The notes under the pieces were generated by a model. The model was given only the letters and a program-made list of their open reading frames with translations. It did no database searches and was not told where the DNA came from. The translations under genes and the position numbers were made by a program. Shown here one piece after another: positions 51,054-56,950 of a stretch of DNA of 56,950 nucleotides (within the stretch, counting starts at the first letter, position 1; the number at the start of each line of letters is the position of its first letter). This stretch comes from Arenicellales bacterium (GTDB taxonomy: Bacteria; Pseudomonadota; Gammaproteobacteria; BMS3Bbin11): contig JBLYYR010000238.1 in the NCBI GenBank assembly GCA_048550195.1, forward strand, positions 1 through 56,950. Direction: 5' to 3'.

Positions 51054-51371
51054 TTATACGTCGACCATTTCGCCAGATGTTTTATAAACTCTGACTTTCT
51101 TGCCATCTTCAAGAACCTTGATGCCAACCCGTGAGGCCTTGCCCGAAGCAGCGTCATACAATGAGATATTAGAAATATCCAGTGCCGCTTCCTGCTCTAC
51201 TATGCCGCCAGTTTCACCTGCCTGTGGATTTGGGCGCACATGTTTCTTTACGATGTTAATTCCATCTACCATGACCCGTCCATTATCCTGCACACGCAAA
51301 ACATTGCCGCGCTTGCCCTTGTCCTTACCTGTGATAACGATAACATCGTCACCTTTTTTGATCTTATTCAT
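51054..51371 (-). CDS. rplX: 50S ribosomal protein L24
   Basis: KOW motif [16 protein letters not shown]. Confidence 0.98.
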   Translation of the reverse strand: MNKIKKGDDVIVITGKDKGKRGNVLRVQDNGRVMVDGINIVKKHVRPNPQAGETGGIVEQEAALDISNISLYDAASGKASRVGIKVLEDGKKVRVYKTSGEMVDV

Positions 51372-51384
51372 TAGTCCCTAACCT

Positions 51385-51753
51385 TTAAAGAACTTCAGGT
51401 GCCAGTGAAATAATCTTCATGAACTGCGTGGTGCGCAATTCACGAGTCACCGGACCAAAGATACGTGTGCCAACCGGCTGCAGCTGGGTATTCAATAAAA
51501 CAGCCGCATTGCCATCAAAACGGATCGATGAGCCATCATTTCTACGCACACCTTTTTTGGTACGAACGATGACAGCATTATAAACATCACCTTTTTTCAC
51601 TCGACCATTTGGAATTGCTTCCTTGATGCTGATCTTTATGACATCACCAATACCGGCGTAACGACGCTTGGACCCGCCAAGTACCTTGATGCACATAACC
51701 TTCCTTGCACCGCTGTTATCAGCGACATCAAGTACACTTTGCATCTGGATCAT
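51385..51753 (-). CDS. rplN: 50S ribosomal protein L14
   Basis: [11 protein letters not shown] and SLAPEVL motifs. Confidence 0.98.
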   Translation of the reverse strand: MIQMQSVLDVADNSGARKVMCIKVLGGSKRRYAGIGDVIKISIKEAIPNGRVKKGDVYNAVIVRTKKGVRRNDGSSIRFDGNAAVLLNTQLQPVGTRIFGPVTRELRTTQFMKIISLAPEVL

Positions 51754-51823
51754 TGCCCTGAACTCCTAGTAATTTTATTCCGTTTCATTGTGTATATTTC
51801 TGTCATAAACCCGTTTAGTCAGC

Positions 51824-52084
51824 TCAACTTGCCCGACTAACTACTTCGATTACACGCCAGCTTTTGCTTTTAGACAGTGGACGACATTCTTCAATCTGTA
51901 CCGTATCCCCTTCATTGCATTCGTTTGACTCATCGTGTGCATGAAGCTTGGTGGATTTACGAATGTACTTTTTGTACAGGGCATGTTTCTCCAGGCGCTC
52001 TACAAGTACCGTAACGGTTTTATCCATTTTGTTGCTGATAACTACACCACTGATTGAACGTGCAACTTTTTCCTGTTCGCTCAT
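51824..52084 (-). CDS. rpsQ: 30S ribosomal protein S17
   Basis: KMDKTVTV and ECRPLSK motifs. Confidence 0.98.
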   Translation of the reverse strand: MSEQEKVARSISGVVISNKMDKTVTVLVERLEKHALYKKYIRKSTKLHAHDESNECNEGDTVQIEECRPLSKSKSWRVIEVVSRAS

Positions 52085-52290
52085 GCCTTGCCTCTTGCTT
52101 TTTCATTCACTTGTTCATTCATGATCGTTTTTACACGTGCGATAGAACGCTTTGCATCACGAAGCGCAGCATGGTTACCCTGCTGACCCGTCGCAATCTG
52201 CATACGTAATGTAAACTTCTGCTCAAGTAGCTCGTCGAGCTTTGACTGCAGCCCTTTGCTGTCAAGTGCCCTTATATCATTTACTTTCAT
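52081..52290 (-). CDS. rpmC: 50S ribosomal protein L29
   Basis: LRMQIATGQ and IARVKT motifs; position between rplP and rpsQ. Confidence 0.96.
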   Translation of the reverse strand: MKVNDIRALDSKGLQSKLDELLEQKFTLRMQIATGQQGNHAALRDAKRSIARVKTIMNEQVNEKARGKA

Positions 52291-52703
52291 TAGCCCACCT
52301 GCCTTGAAACAAATACAGTTTTCACCGGCAACTTGGCCCCTGCCAGACGAAATGCTTCGCGTGCTATCTCTTCAGTTACGCCTTCCATTTCGTACAGGAC
52401 ATGGCCAGGTTTAACTAGAGAAACCCAGTATTCCGGATTACCTTTACCCTTTCCCATTCTGACTTCAAGTGGCTTCTTGGATATAGGCTTGTCTGGAAAC
52501 ACGCGTATCCATACTCGACCACCACGCTTGATATGACGCGTCAATGCACGACGTGCGGATTCGATCTGCCTTGCTGTGATACGACCACGTTCAACTGTTT
52601 TAAGGCCGTATTCACCAAAACTTACCTTGTTGCCACGAGATGCCAGACCGCGGTTACGGCCTTTGTGCATCTTGCGAAATTTTGTTCTCTTGGGTTGCAG
52701 CAT
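52290..52703 (-). CDS. rplP: 50S ribosomal protein L16
   Basis: [11 protein letters not shown] and RMGKGKG motifs. Confidence 0.98.
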   Translation of the reverse strand: MLQPKRTKFRKMHKGRNRGLASRGNKVSFGEYGLKTVERGRITARQIESARRALTRHIKRGGRVWIRVFPDKPISKKPLEVRMGKGKGNPEYWVSLVKPGHVLYEMEGVTEEIAREAFRLAGAKLPVKTVFVSRQVG

Positions 52704-52718
52704 AATTCTATCTCTCCA

Positions 52719-53390
52719 TCAAGCCCCGGTCGCAGCCTTGACATTGCTGTCACCTTCATCAGCATCACGGACTTCACCCTTGAAGATCCATACCTTGATA
52801 CCAATAATCCCGTATGTCGTTAACGCTTCAGCCGTTCCATAATCAATATCCGCACGCAGTGTGTGCAATGGAACCCTGCCATCTCTGACCCATTCAGTAC
52901 GCGCTATCTCGGCGCCATTCAAACGACCAGCAATCATAATCTTGACGCCTTCAGCACCGAGACGCATCGTATTCTGCATAGATCGTTTCATTGCTCGCCT
53001 GAACATAACGCGTTTTTCCAGTTGCTGAGCAATATTTTCAGCCACCAGTTTTGCGTCCATTTCCGGCTTGCGAATTTCTTCTACAGCAATCTGTACCGGC
53101 ATGCCGACCATTTTGCCCAGATCCTTACGCAGGCGGTCAATATCTTCACCCTTCTTTCCGATGACAATCCCGGGACGAGCTGTATGCAAGGTAATATTCA
53201 TATTTTGAGAAGGACGCTCTATGACCACTTTGCTGATTGCAGCATTGGCCAGGCGCTTATCAAGAAATGCACGAACCTTCATATCGGTAGTCAGATATTC
53301 CGCGTACTGCCGTTTGTTGCCGTACCATTTCGCTGTCCAGTCCTTGACAATGCCAAGCCTGAAACCAATTGGTTGGACTTTCTGGCCCAT
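52719..53390 (-). CDS. rpsC: 30S ribosomal protein S3
   Basis: MGQKV.PIGFRLG and [11 protein letters not shown] motifs. Confidence 0.98.
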   Translation of the reverse strand: MGQKVQPIGFRLGIVKDWTAKWYGNKRQYAEYLTTDMKVRAFLDKRLANAAISKVVIERPSQNMNITLHTARPGIVIGKKGEDIDRLRKDLGKMVGMPVQIAVEEIRKPEMDAKLVAENIAQQLEKRVMFRRAMKRSMQNTMRLGAEGVKIMIAGRLNGAEIARTEWVRDGRVPLHTLRADIDYGTAEALTTYGIIGIKVWIFKGEVRDADEGDSNVKAATGA

Positions 53391-53734
53391 TACTTACTCC
53401 CCTGCTTTTCACCCACCTTAATGGTGATGTGACTGGTTCGTTTGAGAATTTTCGCAGCACGGCCCTTGGCACGTGCGCGTATACGTTTCAAAGTTGGACC
53501 GCCATCAATAAAGGCAGTAGTAACAACCAGCTCATCAATATCGGCGCCATCATTATGCTCTGCATTGGCTATTGCAGAATTAAGGACCTTCTTGATTGTG
53601 ACAGCACCGGACTTGGTACTGTACTCAAGAATTTCCAGCGCACGCTCAACCCGCATACCACGGATCTGATCAGCGACCAGACGCAGTTTCTGCGGTGAGG
53701 TTCTTACATATTTCAATACAGCTTGCGTTTCCAT
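53390..53734 (-). CDS. rplV: 50S ribosomal protein L22
   Basis: [14 protein letters not shown] and RAKGRA motifs. Confidence 0.98.
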   Translation of the reverse strand: METQAVLKYVRTSPQKLRLVADQIRGMRVERALEILEYSTKSGAVTIKKVLNSAIANAEHNDGADIDELVVTTAFIDGGPTLKRIRARAKGRAAKILKRTSHITIKVGEKQGSK

Positions 53735-53762
53735 TACTGTGACACCGTGTTTCGGTTAACTT

Positions 53763-54038
53763 TCATCGTTTAACTTTCTTGTCTGCCATGTGGCCACGAT
53801 AGGTGCGCGTTGCCGCAAACTCACCCAGCTTATGCCCCACCATATTTTCTGAAACAAGGACGGGCACGTGTTGACGTCCGTTATGGACAGCAATTGTCAA
53901 ACCAACAAATTCAGGCATAATCATTGAACGCCTGGACCAGGTCTTGATCGGTTTGCGGCTCTTTTCGCTGATCGCCTTATCGGCCTTGGCCATCAGGTGA
54001 TGATCAACGAATGGACCTTTCTTAATTGAACGCGGCAT
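53763..54038 (-). CDS. rpsS: 30S ribosomal protein S19
   Basis: [10 protein letters not shown] and MVGHKLGEF motifs. Confidence 0.98.
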   Translation of the reverse strand: MPRSIKKGPFVDHHLMAKADKAISEKSRKPIKTWSRRSMIMPEFVGLTIAVHNGRQHVPVLVSENMVGHKLGEFAATRTYRGHMADKKVKR

Positions 54039-54053
54039 AAAACTTACTCCTGC

Positions 54054-54878
54054 TTACTTCTTACGTCGACGGATAATCATATTATCTGTACGCTTGTTAT
54101 TACGTGTACGGTAACCCTTGGTAGGCACACCCCAGGGTGAAACCGGGTGACGGCCACCAGAGGTACGCCCTTCACCACCACCATGTGGATGATCAACCGG
54201 GTTCATCGCTACACCACGGACCGTAGGACGAATACCGCGCCAGCGTGTTGCACCGGCTTTACCAAGTTTACGTAATGAATGTTCTGAGTTACCCACTTCA
54301 CCAATCGTAGCGCGGCATTCCAGATGCACCTTGCGCATCTCGCCTGAACGCAGACGAAGCTGGGCATAATCTCCATCACGACCTACATACTGGATAACAC
54401 TGCCTGCAGCACGACCGATCTGAGCACCTTTCAACGGTTTCAGCTCAACACAATGCACACTGGTACCAACCGGAATATCACGTAAGGTCAGTGCGTTGCC
54501 GGCTGCTATCGGTGCTTCTGCACCAGACAGAATGCTGTCACCCGCCTTCAGGCCTTTTGGTGCAATGATGTAACGCCGCTCACCATCTGCATATAAAGCC
54601 AGTGCAATATGTGAACTACGGTTCGGGTCATACTCAATGCGCTCAATCTTGGCAGGTATGCCATCTTTGTTACGCTTGAAATCAATTACACGATAATGAC
54701 GTTTGTGTCCGCCACCGCGATGCCTTACGGTGATACGCCCAGCATTATTGCGACCATTGATCGAATTCTTTTTTTCTACCAGTCCGGCAAATGGTTTGCC
54801 TTTGTGCAGTCCTTCAGTTTTTACTCTGACCTGCCCACGGCGTCCAGGTGACGTTGGTTTTGATTTGATAAGTGCCAT
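54054..54878 (-). CDS. rplB: 50S ribosomal protein L2
   Basis: [17 protein letters not shown] motif. Confidence 0.98.
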   Translation of the reverse strand: MALIKSKPTSPGRRGQVRVKTEGLHKGKPFAGLVEKKNSINGRNNAGRITVRHRGGGHKRHYRVIDFKRNKDGIPAKIERIEYDPNRSSHIALALYADGERRYIIAPKGLKAGDSILSGAEAPIAAGNALTLRDIPVGTSVHCVELKPLKGAQIGRAAGSVIQYVGRDGDYAQLRLRSGEMRKVHLECRATIGEVGNSEHSLRKLGKAGATRWRGIRPTVRGVAMNPVDHPHGGGEGRTSGGRHPVSPWGVPTKGYRTRNNKRTDNMIIRRRKK

Positions 54879-54900
54879 TTCTATTTATCCTAAGCCGGTC

Positions 54901-55200
54901 TTATCCAGCATCCGCCAGAAAGTCAATATCCTGGCCTTCTTTCAATCTGATATAGGCCTTTTTCCAGTCCTTACGTTTTCCGGGGATACGACCAAAATTC
55001 TTCTTCTTCCCTTTCTGACGCACTACCTTGACTGATTCCACTTCAACAGAAAACAGCTTTTCTATTGCGCGACGAATCTGTGGTTTGGAAGCATCAATAG
55101 ATACTTTAAAAACTATCTGTCTGGCACTCTCGGCCAGCTTAGTACTCTTTTCCGACACATGAGGCGCCAGAATCACGTTATACAGTGCGGAATCACTCAT
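54901..55200 (-). CDS. rplW: 50S ribosomal protein L23
   Basis: APHVSEKS and WKKAYIRL motifs. Confidence 0.98.
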   Translation of the reverse strand: MSDSALYNVILAPHVSEKSTKLAESARQIVFKVSIDASKPQIRRAIEKLFSVEVESVKVVRQKGKKKNFGRIPGKRKDWKKAYIRLKEGQDIDFLADAG

Positions 55201-55817
55201 ACCAGCAGCTCCTCGAGTTTGCTAGCTGCATCAGCAGTAATAATGATGTCTGTATGCTGAAGCAGACTGTACGGGTTCAAACCGGTCAGATCAGTAATTT
55301 CAACATTACGGATATTACGCGCACTAAGAATCAGGGCTTCTGATGGTGTTTCGCTTACAATCAGCACGTCGGCCTTGCCTAATGCTTTTAGTTGCGCAGC
55401 AAATGCTTTGGTTTTGATTTCAGCTACATCCATCGAATCAACAATGGTCATTCTTTCTGTACGCAGTAATTCAGATACGATAGACCGCATACCTGCTTTG
55501 TACATCTTCTTGTTTAATTTCTGTGAGAAGTCAGCATTGCAGGCTGGAAAAATCTTTCCGCCACCGCGCCATAAAGGGCTGCGTATGGTGCCAGCACGCG
55601 CACGACCGGTTCCTTTCTGATTGAAAGGTTTTGCTCCACCACCAGCTACTGCTGAGCGATTCTTCTGTGCACGAGTACCACTACGTGCACCTGCCAAATA
55701 GGCCGTCACCACCTGATGAACCAATGCTTGATTATAGCCTGCATCGAATGTGGCATCTGCCAGATCCAGCTTCTTACCGCTATCTGCACCATCGCTTTTC
55801 AATACTGAAACTTGCAC
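55197..55817 (-). CDS. rplD: 50S ribosomal protein L4
   Basis: QKGTGRARAG..RSPLWRGGG motif; GTG start. Confidence 0.98.
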   Translation of the reverse strand: MQVSVLKSDGADSGKKLDLADATFDAGYNQALVHQVVTAYLAGARSGTRAQKNRSAVAGGGAKPFNQKGTGRARAGTIRSPLWRGGGKIFPACNADFSQKLNKKMYKAGMRSIVSELLRTERMTIVDSMDVAEIKTKAFAAQLKALGKADVLIVSETPSEALILSARNIRNVEITDLTGLNPYSLLQHTDIIITADAASKLEELLV

Positions 55818-55849
55818 CGTTATTTCCTCTAAGCCTGCTTAATGTTTAC

Positions 55850-56491
55850 TTATGACTTCTTAGTAGCAGGACGTATCATTACGTCGCCACCTTTAGAGCC
55901 AGGCACTGAACCTTTTACCAGAATCACATTTCGCTCTTCATCAACACGAACAACTTCAAGATTCTGCTGGGTTTTTGTTACATTACCCATGTGGCCTGCC
56001 ATCTTCTTACCTTTGAAAACTTTACCTGGTGACTGGTTTTGGCCAGTAGAACCGTGTGCACGATGTGAGATAGAACAACCATGAGTGGCTCGACCACCTT
56101 TAAATCCGTGGCGCTTCATGCCACCAGCAAATCCTTTACCCTTGCTGGTAGCGGTTACATCAACATATTTAACTTCATTAAATATTGCCACACCCACTTC
56201 AGAACCAGCTGCCAATTCACCTATCTGCTCATCTGTTGCAGCGAATTCTGCACTCCTACGGCCTGGCTCAACACCCGCTTTGGCAAAATGACCCGCCATA
56301 GCTTTACTTACCCGGCCGGGACGACGACTGCCCACTGTCATTTGCACCGCCGTATATCCATCTGTTTCGTTATTTCTGACCTGAGTTATACGATTTGGCG
56401 TAACTTCCAGCACAGTAACAGGGCTAGATTCACCACCGCTACCAAATACACGGGTCATACCAACTTTTCGCCCTACTAGTCCAATTGCCAT
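55850..56491 (-). CDS. rplC: 50S ribosomal protein L3
   Basis: [15 protein letters not shown] and [10 protein letters not shown] motifs. Confidence 0.98.
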   Translation of the reverse strand: MAIGLVGRKVGMTRVFGSGGESSPVTVLEVTPNRITQVRNNETDGYTAVQMTVGSRRPGRVSKAMAGHFAKAGVEPGRRSAEFAATDEQIGELAAGSEVGVAIFNEVKYVDVTATSKGKGFAGGMKRHGFKGGRATHGCSISHRAHGSTGQNQSPGKVFKGKKMAGHMGNVTKTQQNLEVVRVDEERNVILVKGSVPGSKGGDVMIRPATKKS

Positions 56492-56520
56492 TTCATTAAC
56501 TCCCTACGTACGCTTCAAAC

Positions 56521-56832
56521 TTAGCTAAGCTTGATTTCGACATCAACGCCCGCTGCAAGATCCAGCTTCATCAATGCATCGACAGTTTTTTCAGTCGGGT
56601 CAACAATATCCATAATGCGCTTGTGCGTACGGATTTCATATTGGTCCCGTGCTTTTTTGTTAACATGGGGTGAGCTCAACAATGTAAAACGCTCAATCCT
56701 TGTTGGCAGTGGTATAGGGCCTTTTACAATGGCGCCGGTACGTTTTGCCGTATCAACAATTTCAGATGCGGAGCGATCGATCATACGATGATCGAAAGCC
56801 TTGAGCTTGATTCTGATTTTCTGGTTTTCCAT
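56521..56832 (-). CDS. rpsJ: 30S ribosomal protein S10
   Basis: [11 protein letters not shown] and [13 protein letters not shown] motifs; ATG at 56832. Confidence 0.98.
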   Translation of the reverse strand: MENQKIRIKLKAFDHRMIDRSASEIVDTAKRTGAIVKGPIPLPTRIERFTLLSSPHVNKKARDQYEIRTHKRIMDIVDPTEKTVDALMKLDLAAGVDVEIKLS

Positions 56833-56834
56833 GA

Positions 56835-56950
56835 TCACTCAATAATCTTTGAGACAACACCGGCGCCAACAGTACGGCCACCTTCTCGAACTGCAAATCG
56901 CAGACCTTCATCCATCGCAATCGGGGCAATCAGGCTGACAATAAACTTCA
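56835..56950 (-). CDS. tuf: Elongation factor Tu, 3' end (partial)
   Basis: Manual translation ...[32 protein letters not shown]. Confidence 0.97.
   Translation of the reverse strand, partial: KFIVSLIAPIAMDEGLRFAVREGGRTVGAGVVSKIIE

Noticed and set aside
43392-56791. Plus-strand ORFs across the ribosomal cluster, and other antisense ORFs
   Set aside because: They are shadows of well-conserved genes on the opposite strand.

Overview
A mid-GC gammaproteobacterial chromosome segment; the taxonomy is inferred from protein content. Left to right it carries a 5'-truncated MltF-like lytic transglycosylase, three exported proteins, the Na+-pumping oxaloacetate decarboxylase oadGAB, argA/argE, a PAS-GGDEF-EAL protein, dgkA, a DsrE-like protein, a membrane-fused spermidine-synthase-like methyltransferase with pcm, and a TonB-dependent uptake operon divergent from regB-regA with two abutting RegA boxes between them. 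Next is an uncharacterised 8-gene operon: two lipoproteins, a TPR protein, an FHA-PEGA-SUMF1 protein, a small exported protein, a MotA/TolQ/ExbB subunit, and two ExbD-like TM/coiled-coil/VWA proteins. It looks like an ion-driven envelope motor or machine. After it come a SIMPL protein, an M3 peptidase, ssb-MFS/uvrA, a SAM hydrolase, a hemerythrin-like protein, and the complete S10-spc-alpha ribosomal cluster, ending in the 3' end of tuf. The intergenic DNA is rich in small palindromic elements. Heptamer-arm inverted-repeat elements occupy all four convergent gene junctions. Two diverged 158-bp MITE-like copies and a 266-bp composite ERIC/Correia-like element inside oad (supplying the oadB RBS) are also present, along with a multi-hairpin ~210-nt element downstream of ssb. 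I saw no rRNA, tRNA, CRISPR array, transposase or prophage. All calls come from reading motifs; no database searches were run.
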